Assembly (NCBI GenBank): GCA_010093815.1
Contig: ML996583.1
From: Pseudovirgaria hyperparasitica
Lineage: Eukaryota
Direction: 5' to 3' (one strand)
DNA: 64,000 nucleotides
Shown here: positions 24,601-36,502 of the stretch, piece after piece
Layout of the letters: each line of letters begins with the position of its first letter
How positions within the stretch are numbered: position 1 is the stretch's first letter
The notes under the pieces: generated by a model
Told to the model about the DNA's origin: nothing
The model's input: only the letters and a program-made list of their open reading frames with translations
The model's database searches: none
Made by a program: the position numbers and the translations under genes

Positions 24601-25061
24601 TGCTGCTGTGAAGAACATACGACGAGTTTTGCTCTACTCGTGTCACATATTTCTTGCAAGCGGCGCCTGGGATGCGAGGGGTCCATAAGAATGAATGCAC
24701 CGCCGGCCTTGAGTACCCCAAGCATTGCTATAGATGTCCAACGTGATTTTTCGAACAGCAATGGTACAAAGGATTCGGGTCCCACATCATACGAAATGAG
24801 ACGTAACGCCAAGTGTGTAGAAAGAGTGTCGAGTTCTCGATAGCTAAATTGACCAGTCGATGAGAACACGGCTGGAGCATCAGCTCTTTCGAGACAGCGT
24901 TCACGAATAATGTCGTGCAGACAGACATCGACCGATGTGACTTCATTCGCATTGAAACGTCGCAAGTGCTGGTGATCAGCATTCGAAATGACACCGAGCG
25001 ACTCAGCGGTATTGGACGATAGATCCTTACTGCTTGGAAATGTATCGGGTCGTAGGGCCAT
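21642..25061 (-). CDS. Single-module nonribosomal peptide synthetase, A-T-C(T), 1139 aa, intronless
   Basis: A-domain motifs YCVFTSGSTGKPKG, FASYAFD, NGYGPSE, YKTGDL, GRKDNQIKIRGQRLE, NGKTD; thiolation motif FFDLGGDSL; terminal-type condensation motif SHAQFDG. Confidence 0.95.
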   Translation of the reverse strand: MALRPDTFPSSKDLSSNTAESLGVISNADHQHLRRFNANEVTSVDVCLHDIIRERCLERADAPAVFSSTGQFSYRELDTLSTHLALRLISYDVGPESFVPLLFEKSRWTSIAMLGVLKAGGAFILMDPSHPRRRLQEICDTSRAKLVVCSSQQQPLASQLMANVVIVDCTDDTNNKEPDTEIHALSKATPENAVYCVFTSGSTGKPKGVVIEHRNYCTALVTQKEAFGLDEQTRYLQFASYAFDTSISDHFMTWLAGGCVCVLSDSERRDSFSEVAVRLKANVLDLTPSLARLIRPDSIPCAKALVLGGEAMKPHDVDIWADKVRLINGYGPSECSVTATLTTSVKPGADPTNIGYPVGCIAWIVDPDNHNTLLGPGAVGELVLEGPIVGRGYLHEPEKTAAVFVSNPSWVSSFRGSSYEGRFYKTGDLARLSERDGSIFFCGRKDNQIKIRGQRLEAGEVENVIAQCLPMASSVLVTTISSRTSSLNHILAAFIEMPSLVAENDEDARLVSTTPIFTRPTQITRKKLTDTDQTLAAKLPSYMRPTKYFTLYKFPVSINGKTDVKLLQSKADSLSAADLDKYTGFHQTRRVPYNEAEKVLQMAFAELFNREPESVGLDDSFFDLGGDSLLAISLVNRLRKFSVQIQVSEILRHPKISDLAASVCHFDKIKGMRIDTRGLISAEFGFTGEDDLFAAASTKELPSTDIQKVLPLTEAQQVRLRESLQYFIFDFAERIDDAKLLSACRLLAERHEILRVVFRMINGQIGQVIPFQPPEGLVQSRMESGNLDDQVSKLCSQDDLTLPPLDRPITRFTHISTPSSRSVLVIRLSHAQFDGYALEVLFSDLQALYEDQALAPATQYSAHIEELLRQKSSSESIDFWRSRLSGHLITHLPSGPSPMSSPQWSLPTLHTPPIPPVEGITLATIVNAAWSLILVRLTQHRPSTLSALATSPNLSPVPVVFGMMTNGRNSGRVSDTTTCVGLCTNTILLRVAASADLTVHQLLIDLQNQYIDAMAHELVELPTILGVTAGRTFTETNTMVPGDGDFGSVVNFRGAEVEGKGPLKLSGVPGTRLERGVPPRRRQVILIAVQQRDQIWLKIAVPDYLLNEDQAREVLVLMSELVIVLAKNIKSTLKEIQWA

Positions 25062-26295
25062 AGTACGTGAGTCCTTCTATCGATGATCTCGGGCAGACGT
25101 ACGGTATGGACTGAAGGCTGTTATGTTTACTCTCAAGTCGATTTAAGAGGGAGCGTAAGAACGAAATGAATGACTAGGAGCGACATTTTACCTAATTGGT
25201 AAGTTCACCAGCTGGGGTCTTAGTCTTTGTCGTTTGAATGGGATTTAGCTATAGTGGGCGGGAGGATCTTCATGCACTGTTGTCGATTATGGATTAGTAC
25301 TGATGCAATGTCTTTGATCCACCCCGATCCTAGGAGTCCACTAATCTACTGCAATCACGACTCTGTTTGATTGGTGCGGACTTGCATTGTTCAACACCCG
25401 GACGATGCATGCGATCAAGCAAGACCGTAAGGTAACAACCAATTGCACGAATTTCGACCTGTCAATTCTTACTCTTAGCCTTGCCGAGAATCACTGCAGA
25501 CTTATGCGCAAGACCTACCATGCATTGCCTCTTTACGTTGCATGCGGCATGTCCCTGAGCTTGATTTGTGCCACGAAGCCTCTAGGTCAAGCCTCTACTA
25601 CACATCGGCTCCAATGGCCATCGTTTGTCCGCCCTGCCCATAAGCGTTTAGACGTTGTCTGCTAGTCGTCTAACTCTCATGGAGCAACGTCCAGTCCGGG
25701 TGGGATATCTTACGGCGAAACCTCCAGGAACGTATCTTCAATGAGAGCCTCAAAACGCTTGGCCACGCCTACCTCATAGGTACGAGTTATAAATAATTGA
25801 CGTGAACGATCGGAGTGCGATGCACACCTACGCCAAGAGTCACCCTAGTGATACAAACTTTTGAATTTCGATCCCGACCAAGGAAGCAAAGAAATTGCAA
25901 GCAAATACCATATTTGGAGGCGGGTAACTGATATCTTGAGTACAGGTAGGGTCGTAATAGGGGCCGTCATTGTATATGCCGAGTCCGCAGAGTCCTCTGA
26001 AGGTACTGGTACGGGATGGCAAACAGGTGACGATTGAGGGGAGTGACGGGCGGACGGCATGGTAACCTGGGATGGCAATATGAACAGCATCGGAGGTTTC
26101 TTCCATTGTGCTACCGTCTCCGAGTGAAGTAGCCCGAATGAGCCTTGTTCGCGCGCGAAACGGTTTTTCATTGTGAGAAACATTTAGACTACATGTTGAC
26201 CTAACAGTGTTTGCTAAGACTCGAGCTCCCATGAAGATAGTGAACAGAGTTGAATAGGCACCCCAGACATACTTATACATAATCAAGTTAATCAC

Positions 26296-28106
26296 TCATG
26301 CGTCATTACGCGAGGTAGAGACTTCCTCCTCCGGATCCGAATCGTGATGCATCCCCTTTGATGTCCGTCCAGCCTCGTCAGCCACTGTCAACGGGCGATT
26401 CTCGACTAAGAGCATGGTGACGATATAAATCAGGGTTAGTGGGACGTTCGACCCAAACACGAACTGGAGGCCGCGCATATATGCTTGAGGATTCGAAGTT
26501 TCATATTCTTGGATATCCATAGCCATCGTCATGGCGTTAGTGCTGGGGGTATGCTGTGCTCCAGCAATAAAAGTGTTCAAGAGTGCCCCGCAAACTGTAG
26601 CCGTAAGCATCATCGCAAGGACGTATGTGGCATGGATTCTAAAAACCCGGTTGAGAAGTGCGTACCTATCGTCCCTATAGCTCCCCCAAGCGTACGGAAG
26701 AAACTACGTAAGCCCGGAATAATGGACCTGTCTTCTTTCTCGCAGAGTGCTAACAGCGCGATCAGAGCTGGCAGAGAGCTACAGCCCTGAGAAAACCCCT
26801 CTAGCACACCCTGAGCTATGAACTCCCAAGCCGGGGTTTCTAAGGTGAACAGTGCTTTCCATAGCGATGCAATCACCCACACGAGCGCCCCTACTACGAG
26901 TGTCGAGTAGTATCCATCGGTCTTTGAGATGTATATCCCACTGAGAAGGGAGAATACAAGTTGAGACATGAGACGCGGCATAATGAAGAATCCAGCTTTC
27001 GAGGCATCCATATGCAGAGCATTTTGAAAATAGAGTGGAATATAGTAGAGGTTCACCCAGAAGATCCAACCGAAGATGAAGTAATGTCCGAGGAGTAAAT
27101 TGACAGGAAGACTTTTTGTGAAAAGATGCACTATCATAGTGTCAGAATATTGTCCACGAACAAGCAGGAAATGTTATCACGAGTGCGAACATACCAGGCA
27201 CAATCGGATCGAAAGCCCGTAGCTCTAGTCTGACGAAAAGGAGCATGAGAAGGAACCCAGTCACAAGCATTGCAATCAAGATGGGGGAATTCCACGGAAT
27301 GGCGTTGCCACCTTGAGATAAGGGTACCTGTCCAATGAATACGATCAGAGTTTAGAGTCTACCAGGAGCTATGGGAAGTGACTGACCAGAAGCAAGATAA
27401 TTGCAGCCATAACTGTGACCAGTCCTGACCAATCAAGGGCGCGGAACTTGTTCCAGGTCTTACCACTGGCCTTTGACTCCGGCAGCGTGATAACAAGCAG
27501 GACGAGTGCAAGCCCAATCATGACACTAAGGAGATGGAATGCGAGTCTCCACGACGCGCGGTCGGCAAGAAACCCACCGGCAAGAGGTCCAATGACACTA
27601 CCGGTATTCCCTAATACAGCAAGGATGCTATCGAAATAACCACGCTCCTTGAGCGGGACGGTGTCAGTGATTACGACTTGGATCAAGGCGTTGATTGACC
27701 CGGAGCCAAATCCAGTCACGGCTCGAGTAGCAAATAGTTGCCAAGGCTGTGAGGCCAGGCCAGAGAGGATGTTACCGATGGCCATGACGGATAAAGAAGT
27801 TAGCATGAGGCTTTTAAGACCAAAAATCTGAGAAAGTCTCCCAGTCACGAGCTGGACGCTCGTGCTTGTGACGAAGAAGCTGGCCCCAATCCATGAGAAC
27901 GATGAACCGACATGAAGGTCCTTCGCAACGGCTGGGAGAATGGAAGTGATGGCAGTCTGATCGAGAGAAAAGACAAGCTGAACGAGAGAGACCGCAGTAA
28001 CAATGATAATCTGTCGAGACAAAGGAAACTCCTTTGGCTGTCCTGCGCCCCTGGAATGTTCCGACCGTAGAAGACATGTGTGTTCATCGGCCTTGGCTTG
28101 GGCCAT
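26296..28106 (-). CDS. MFS drug/H+ antiporter (DHA2-like, 14-TM), 3 introns
   Basis: ORFs 27369-28106, 26610-27137 and 26296-26613 join through GT..AG introns; motifs SLDQTAI, GRLSQIFG, GPLAGGFL, YIPLYFQ, FFRTLGGAIG. Confidence 0.9.
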
Positions 28107-29348
28107 GGTTGAGAGAAGAAGTGGTGAGCCGGCGGGATGGATGGTGATGGGGACAAAAAGGAATGAATGTGAAGAGAGAAGAAGAGAGCAGCGTCCTCAG
28201 CGGGCGGAACAATCGATGATGCAAGAACAGCTCGAAAACCATGACTGCAGATTATGTTCCTCATTTTGGATTGGGTTTGTGTTGCCATCGATCGGGTCAG
28301 CTCATTTGTTCCTTTCTCCGCAGTGCCAGCCGCAAAGCATAGACGTCCCCTGCTCGGTTAGATCCGATCAGAGCTCGGATCTATCACAGACGCACGGGTC
28401 TGCCACAGCACAGCACAACAAAGCACAAACACAGCGCCCTCTACCTCCTTTGTTTTCTTCTTTTCATTTTTCTTTACCTATGCTCCTTCACTTTTGCCGG
28501 ACTCCTCGGGTCTGCCTGGTGGACTACACTGTCTTCGGCATAATTGCTTTTTTTCTAGCAGAAGAGGACGTACTTAATCTCCTCTCAAGATTCCCACCAC
28601 CACCTCTGCATCGAAACCCGACGTCCCCTAGGGACACTCTTGCGACCCATCCCCGCTTATCGACACATCCCTATACTCATCATGTACCTAGAATTCTACT
28701 ACTTCTGTCTCTAAGACTGACAAGAGTATAATCTGCTGCTAGAGAGCATACGAAATCTGTCAAAGAGCTAGGTCATATAAGAGCTGCATAAAATCAGGCG
28801 TGGGAAATGCCCAGTGGAAGACAAGCTCTCTCTTGTTGTATGGCAGAACACGGTTCCAACCGGATCTGTTGATAGCAATGTATCAAGGAGTGAAGGGGTT
28901 GCGTTTCCAGTTGTCAACTAGTACTTCTGACCTTCTGGCTAACAGTGCGACCCGCAGCGAGGGCTCAGCAACGCTTCGTAACGTACGGCCAGAGTTATCG
29001 ACCGAGGACTCCCAAGCTTCACACCATAAGCCCGACTGTTTCTTGTATAGTCATACCTGCTTTGGATGCTTTCCTTAAGATTATGACAATTGTACCTCCA
29101 AGCCCGGATAAATCAGCTTTGCCGCTTAGGTTCTAGCCTCAATAACCATGCTCAGATCCTCAATGTCAAACCCTTTGATAATCTAACCGACATGTCATGT
29201 CGCTTGTTGTTATCTATCTGATGCCTATCTGATGCCAGCTCAGTATAATTGAGCCACAGAGTAGTCGAGCCTCGCTAAAAGCAATGGTCACTGACTGACT
29301 TCGTTAGCTTCCGCATGCATACAGCTTAACTGACTAAACCACTTACCT

Positions 29349-31074
29349 CTATGATTTGGCTTTGAGAGTCATAGTAATCACTGCAATGAACGTCCACAAC
29401 CCTGCAGCGCCCCAGAAGATAGCCCCAGGGGGTAAAAAGCTGGATTTCAGGATCAGGCTATATGCAAAGGACCATGCCGCTGGTCCGATGAGCCGGGCAA
29501 GCGACAGAATGAACGCGACCCTAGTGTAAAATTGAGGCACGGTCTCACCGATGCCCAGATGCTGTGCGCCAAATGACCTCAAAGAGTCCATGCTCCCATG
29601 CGCCATCGCAAAGCTGCACATTCCAATCAAGTAGACGGGAGCTATGGAGAACCCCATGGCAAAGCAGGCGAGAAGTTCGTCCAAGACGCATGCCCGGATT
29701 ATGAGTATGTCTTGCGCGGTGTGCGAATAGAAGTGCGACAACACATACCTTCGAAGTGGTGGTAGACACATGAGCACGACCCAGCCGATCAAGTCTAATA
29801 GGGCCAGCCATTGATTGGTCGTAGAAAGGTCCCAGGAAAGCGTCGTAGAGGTGAACTGGGGGAAAAGTTCTCGAATCTTCCACGCATTGGCGTGCAAAAT
29901 GAAGAATATCAGACACATTTTTGGAATGTGTGTCATTCGGAAAAGCGAGAAAAGTACTGTGAAAGTCTCCCGGACCGAGGAACGTATGATCATAAAGGCA
30001 ATCTCCTATCGGCCAACGTTAGCAGGCCCCAAAGGGAGGTCAACATGTTCCACGTACCGAGATTGGCTGCATCGCAGCAGAGGCCTTTGGTCGGGGCAAT
30101 AGTGGTTCCGTAGACGTTCCATCCTCCTCTCCCACCCCGATTTGGGATGTTAGAAGAAAGTAATGGGCTGCAGTTATCAGGAATCCAAGGATAGAACAAG
30201 AGTTAAGGACCCAAACGTGACTGCGGAGTAAAGCAGACCCGATTACAGTTCCCGCCATCTTAGAAACATTCCAAATTGCAGTTTGATAGTAATTGGAGAT
30301 GCTCCTATTGGTAAAGTTCGTTAGACACAGTCACAAAGACGATGACGGACTCACAAGTTGCTCTCATCGCATGTTTCGGCGATCACGGAATACAGTAGAG
30401 TCGAAAGAACTGCATCACCGCCTCCGATCCCGTCGATGAAGGTCGCTGCCAAAGCACCGTAGGCATCCCAGCGTTTTTGAAAGTAGACTTCGTGTGTTAA
30501 CCCGGGCCCAGCGGCGCTAGCTACTCGCCAGACCTACTCACAAGATATGGTATAGAGCGATAGTGAAATCGCAGTAGCCAAAGCATTGAGAAACAGGAGT
30601 GGTCTGAAACCGACAACGGGGAGGAGCTTCTGATAGGCAGCTAGGACGAAGATACCTATTGGTTGATTAGCATGAGTGAGGGCTCCCGATGCTCACACAT
30701 ATTCAGAAGCTAGGGATGTCATTACCGGGGAGGGCCGAGACGAAGAAGTCAGCACCAACGAAAGATGCGACTGTGGATTGAATCTCTTCCGTCTTGCATA
30801 GAGCTTCGGGAACGGATAAGGACCCGGTCGTCGAGAGGAGTGCTGGGTCATGATCGAGATATTGAATACGACAACGCGACTGTTCGTAAAGATACACCCT
30901 GGAGGTATTCTGGAGAGCGCGGGCAATGGAGCTAAAAGCCATTATACTGGATATGAGCCATATAGTGTGCCCGTCGCGACGCTTGAGCCAGACGGTGTCC
31001 ATGGCAACTAGTAGAGACGATGCTCGCTGGTGACCGATTCGAGGAGATTCGAGAGGCTCGTTGACAGACAACAT
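29349..31074 (-). CDS. MFS transporter (MFS_1, SLC46-like), 4 introns
   Basis: Five exons assembled with canonical donors (GTAATG, GTGAGT x2, GTACGT) and CTAA(C/T)-type branch sites; hydrophobic helices; DGIGGG motif and the typical N-terminal Cys loop (RCRI..LCKTEEIQ). Confidence 0.8.
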
Positions 31075-31941
31075 TGTCCGCGCAGTATCTATTCAGCTAT
31101 ATGTGATGCATAGGATCTACTATAGCGGTCAGAAGGACATGCTAATGTATTAGCTGCAACGGGTGACACGTTATGTGACTGTACATTAGAGTGCGGGTGG
31201 GACTGACTGCGCAGAGGATGGGAGGGAGGGTTGGTGAGGGATTCGGTAGACCAGTGGGGTTGGGTGGATTGTGGATTCATTAGGCAGGTATGGACTGGAC
31301 TGTACCTTCGATTAATTCGCCCAATCCGTGAATGCTAAGGTATAGATTGGTGGGTCTCATTCGTTGCGCGCGGCACGGCTCGGGCCCTGGGTGGCCGCTG
31401 TCAGTAGTTGCGGTCCCCAAGGGTCATCCCACGCGTAGACCCTACTTAGCATGATCACGGCAGCAGCTGGCTCTCCACAGAAGCCTAGAACAATGATCAC
31501 AGGAGCAGATCTATGTCTAACATGATCATAGGGGCTTATTCTAGGAAAGCTAGTTAGCTTAGCTAGAGCTACTCAATTGAGACAATACAGCCCAGCTTAA
31601 CTAAGAGTAGTAGTATTTGTATTGCTATACTACCATAACTAAGTTCTCTATCTTCTCTAGTACTAAACTCTATAAATGCATGATATTGTATATAGTCAGC
31701 TATTAATCTATCGTGGGGCATACTAGGCAGATAAATAAGAAACGTAAATGTCGACTTCCTTCTTATAGGTGACCTCTACTGCTCTATGTCTCTATCCTCC
31801 CTAGTCAGTGCGTTATCAGTGGGATGTACTTAGTACCGTTACCCATTCGAGAATGATCGCAACAGCTGACATCTGCTGTTTCAGCCCGGAACCGCACCAT
31901 GCTAGTATTTCTGTCTCTGGTGATATTTAGCCGCGGTCCAT

Positions 31942-33780
31942 TCATAACCTGCCGTGTAGTCCGTAGTCTTCAATTGTGAGGGAAAGGAGGAAGAGAGCCG
32001 ATATCAGGACAGCATACGAAACAAATATACTCTGTATTGCCCTGGTATATGCCGTCAAGATCTGATCATTCTCTTGGCGTGAAGTATTCAAGTCTATTAG
32101 CGAAAATGCTGAAGAAATGAGCCGCTTGATCAGCTGAGCACTGAATTTTCCATGGAGCTGACTTAGTAGAACGCTGTTTAGGATAGCTCCTGACACTGAA
32201 TTTGTCATCAATCGATGTAATTTAATATGTCGGAGCATACTGACCTGTAATACCGATGGAGCCGCCCATATCTCGGAGAAAGTTGCGGATTACTGTAATG
32301 ACTGCCCGGTCCTCATTTCGAGAGCCAGCAAGAAGTCCTATTAATACTGGAAAGAAGTGAGCAAACCCTTTTCTACAGCAGATCATAATTCTCACCAGGC
32401 TGTAAGCAAGAACCAACCCCAATTCCCTCAAAGATACCTATTACGCACAGTAGCCAGATTGGTGTCTCTCGATTATAAGTGAAAGCTTTTACAATTGCCG
32501 CTACGGCCCATAGTCCAGTCCCGATGACAATCATGGGCATGTAATGTCCACAGCGAGTAATAATGACTCCGCTTAGTCCCGACGTGATGCCGTGTGCGAT
32601 GACCAGAGGTAGGATATACGAACCAGCCAAAGCCGGGCTCCAGCCTCGTACATTTTGGAGGTATAGTGGAAGTGAGAAAAGATTTCCCCAGAAGCACCAG
32701 CCAATGATTAGATTGACAGCAAGAAGTGTATTCGTTGATCTCCCGCAGGAGAAAACGTGTCCTACCAATCATAAGCTTAATATAAACTCAGTATGATCTA
32801 AGTTAGGTAAACCGAATCAATGACTTACTTGGTAGGACTGGAGTTTTGGCCATGTTACGTTCCACAAATACCAATAACGCAAAGCAGAGACCGCTCAGGG
32901 TGAGCAAGATGATCAAAGTTGGAGAGCCCCAACCCCAAGTTGAGCCACCTTGAGAGATTGGGACCTGCAAAGCTATCAGCCGAGGGCCCGAGCCGTGAGT
33001 CTCTAAAGATATTACCAGGAATAGTATAGTGCCACCCACTGTGAGAAGTATGCCAGCGTAATCGACCATGCGGATCTTCTGCCACACATTCTCAGGGGAT
33101 GTGGACTGTGGCAACACCAGTGCTAGGTATGAAACCGCAATCGCTACTAGAGGGCAAATAAACCAGAATGCCCAGCGCCATGAAGTTACTTCACTGAGCC
33201 AGCCGCCGATTATGGGTCCCAATCCATTACCAAAGGCTACAGAAATGCCTATAATTCCGAAATAATAACCGCGCTGATTCAGGGTTGTGATGTCCGAGAT
33301 AGTGATCTGAACAAGGGCGTTGATTGATCCTGCGCCTAGTCCAGTAAAGGCACGAGCAGCGTACAGTTGAATAGGCGTCTGAGATAGACCTGATAAGAGA
33401 TTCCCAAAGCCCATAACCAGCAGAGCGATTATTAGGCAATTTTTTCGGCCGAATATATCGGAGATGCGTCCATTTACTAATTGGGTACTTGTACTTGTGA
33501 GTAAGAAACTCGTGCCCACCCATGAGATCGACTGTCCTATACCAAGGCCCAAGGCTATCGAAGGCAAGGCGGTTGCAATGGCAGTCTGGTCAAGAAATGA
33601 GATGAACTGTACAAGAGCAAGGGCGGGAAAGATAGCAAGAAGTCTCCTTCGGGGAAGGACAAACGTCTGGTGGTCTGTGAGCTTTGGTACAGGCCTTAAG
33701 GGTGTCCGTTCGTTTGTTCTACTGTCCAGTGAGTCTTCGTGATAGCTATTGTCAAAACGGAGATCGGAAGCAATGCTCAT
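31942..33780 (-). CDS. MFS drug/H+ antiporter (DHA2-like), 4 introns; paralogue of 26296-28106
   Basis: FLDQTAIATALP, GRISDIFGRK, WRWAFWF, LPLYLQNVRG, FLRDMGGSIG; first ATG at 33780. Confidence 0.9.
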
Positions 33781-34362
33781 CTCGATGGTTGGTGGTCGAT
33801 ATCGAAGAGCATCGTCTGCAAAGAACGCAGGCGACACTACCGGGATCCTAAATGCCAGAATGACTAAGTCTGATGCGTATTAAACGGAGATGTCTTGATA
33901 CACATCAGTCATACTGCGAAATAAGAGTGTGCGGCCAGGTTTCTTGCTTCTTGGCTGGGTTGCTGCAGACCTACTCTTTTCCTGGCGGCCGATCTGCAGA
34001 TGGATGTCTTGCGATTCGACACTGCAGATTCCTAGAGTTATGGTCAGAAGACATGCCACGGCTCACCACATACTAGTAGTATACTGTGCATGATGCACGC
34101 TGCAGCATAGTCTGGCAAGGGACTAATGCAACGCGCATTGATTCGGCACAGTCCGTTACATGGATGTACTCGGTCAGCAATGCGAGCCGCAAGACCCCTC
34201 CCTTCTTGCGTGTATTTTTAATGTTTTTATATTTCGAAGCGAGTAATCAGTGATGTAGCTAAGTCAGTATTGACGTTTTGGTTTTAGAATTGCTCGACTA
34301 CTATTTCATCATCCAGTGGGTCGACGAAAGAGTGCTCACAATTTCTTGCAAATCCGGCGAGC

Positions 34363-35435
34363 ATGCTCAACACCAAAGAATTCAACGCCCTCGATCTGGC
34401 GCAACCGACCAACTTCAATGCTATGATGAAGAGTGGCGAGTTGCTTTGGGGAACCACCTGTCGAATCCCTAGCGAGGAGTCTGCCCGCATTTTGGCCTCT
34501 CTCCCACACCAATTCTGCTTCATAGACAGCGTAAGCTTTCAATGCAAACTACATCCTCTATTGCGCCAGGTTCTAATATCTGCATTCGATTCGGAACAGG
34601 AACACACTCCTATTGGTCCTACGGAGCTTGCTCGTCTCATTCGAGCAATACAATATTTTTCATGCGGGTCTATGGTTCCGCTTGTCCGCGTCCCAGCCAA
34701 CAGCCCTGATCTGATCACATACGCCCTTAATGCTGGTGCAGGAGGAGTTATAAAACCACATATTCAAAATGCCACCGAAGCGCGTGAGTTTGCAAAACTT
34801 GCGCGTTTCCCGCCTCACGGTATAAGGAGCTTTCCACCTGGTGCCTTTGTCGGGGATCAGGCGCGCGCGCCACCTGGTAAGTCTGTTTACGACGTCTGGA
34901 ACGAGCATATCGCGGTCATCTGTCAGATAGAAGATGTAGAGGGGGTGAGGAATATAGACGAGATCGCTGGAGTAGCCGGAGGTGAGTGCGCCAATTCCTT
35001 GAATATTCTCTGAATGGAAGCACAGCCATGTCCGTAAGATTCGTACTTATCCTGTTATCAGTGGACGCGCTCATGGTTGGCGCAAGCGACCTTCGATTTT
35101 CACTTGGATTGGAAGCTGGGAGTCCAGACGGAGATGAAGAGTGCTTCGTGCAGAGCCTGTCGAAAATTCAGAGAGCCGCCAAGAGACATGGACTACCAGT
35201 TCTCGGATTTGGAACATCTCCCGAGGTGTTGCGGAAACGCATCGCACTCGGCTGGACAGCGTTCGTGATCCACAGTGATGTGGCAGGCCTGTTCCAGTCG
35301 GGGATACAGAGCTTGGAGACGTTCAGCGGTGCAGCCTTGAAGTTGAAACAGGTGGTGACGAAGAGTGGACTTGTCACCAATGGTGAGGTGAGGACGTTGA
35401 GTACGGATAGTCTTATGAATAAGCCAGATGAATAA
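34363..35435 (+). CDS. HpcH/HpaI class II aldolase family protein
   Basis: After removing introns 34531-34599 and 34982-35061: FIDSEH, PLVRVP, LNAGAGG, RFPPHGIRS, QIED, VDALMVGASDL. Confidence 0.92.
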
Positions 35436-35613
35436 GCGGTAATTTAACATGCACCACTTAGCCAATTGGTGACTGAACGGAGTCCCGACCGCCTTCAAGT
35501 TACATTGTGCCCAGGTGCATTTCCTTCAGTCAACTAATTGTGCCACTGACTGTCTTCGAATATATCTACCATGAAGCTTCTCTCATGTCCCCGGTCAACA
35601 TTCAGACTAAAGC

Positions 35614-36464
35614 ATGGCGTATATCCTGTACGGATACGAGCGAAATCCTAGGACCCGTGTGTGCCGCATTATTGTAAGCTGCTCGTAATCTGCCCAAATA
35701 TATACTCGTGGGAAAGCTAAATTGAACGTAGGCCGCAGCGGAAGGGATCGAACTTAGTCTGTCTGAGGTTGTTCCTCGACGAGGTGTAAATAAAGCCAAG
35801 TACATGGAGCGCTTTCCACGCAGTCGTGGTAAGATACCTGCATTAGAAACTGCCGATACTCGATTGACCGAAACCATTGCTATTGCGGTTGTATGGTCTA
35901 ACACCCTCACTGGCTTTTACTGTTACTGATGCCTCTAGTATCTTGCCACATTGCATAATCGCTCACGATTGATGGGTGACGGCTCCCCGCAAGAAACAGC
36001 TGAAATCCTATCGTGGGCAAACTGGGCAAACCAGGAATTTCTTCAGATTGCTGCTCAATGGTGTGCATCCTTTCGATCTAGCAACACTGGTCGAAGCTTA
36101 CATACATGGCAGGTTTCTTCCTCTCATTCCATCGTTCACCGATCCTCCATCGTACAACAAGGATGCTGTCTCAGCAGGTCGCGCCGCAACACTTGATATC
36201 CTGGAATTTCTTGAAACGCACCTCACGTCTCGAATATATATTGCTACTGAGCACATATCCATTGCTGACATCATGCTTGTTATATACATATCTCGATTAT
36301 TTGAATGGGTTTTAGACCGCAAATGGAGAGAGGTACATCCTTCAGTCATGGGCTACTTCGAGAGGGTCACAAGCTTTAACGCGGTTCAAGCGGTAATACC
36401 GCGACATGACTTCATCATGATTGAAGAGGAGACTCCCAACAAGATGCCAGACAGGATCAAGTGA
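35614..36464 (+). CDS. Glutathione S-transferase, EF1Bgamma N-terminal class (no EF1G C-terminal domain), 3 introns
   Basis: Spliced product MAYILYGYERNPRTRV..FPRSRGKIPALE..LTETIAIA..SIADIML..WREVHPSVMGYFE; GST cis-Pro loop (KIP), (T)E motif and N-capping SIAD. Confidence 0.85.
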
Positions 36465-36502
36465 AGGGTCAATTCCGTCGTAATTAGAAGTCCGTCTAAA
36501 TA

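Noticed and set aside
25387..26295. ORFs of 92-151 aa between the NRPS and the first MFS gene
   Set aside because: No recognisable domain; they overlap the NRPS promoter (motif sites) and the MFS 3' region.
28003..29136. 242-aa plus-strand ORF and neighbours
   Set aside because: Antisense to the MFS start and promoter, low-complexity composition, no motifs.
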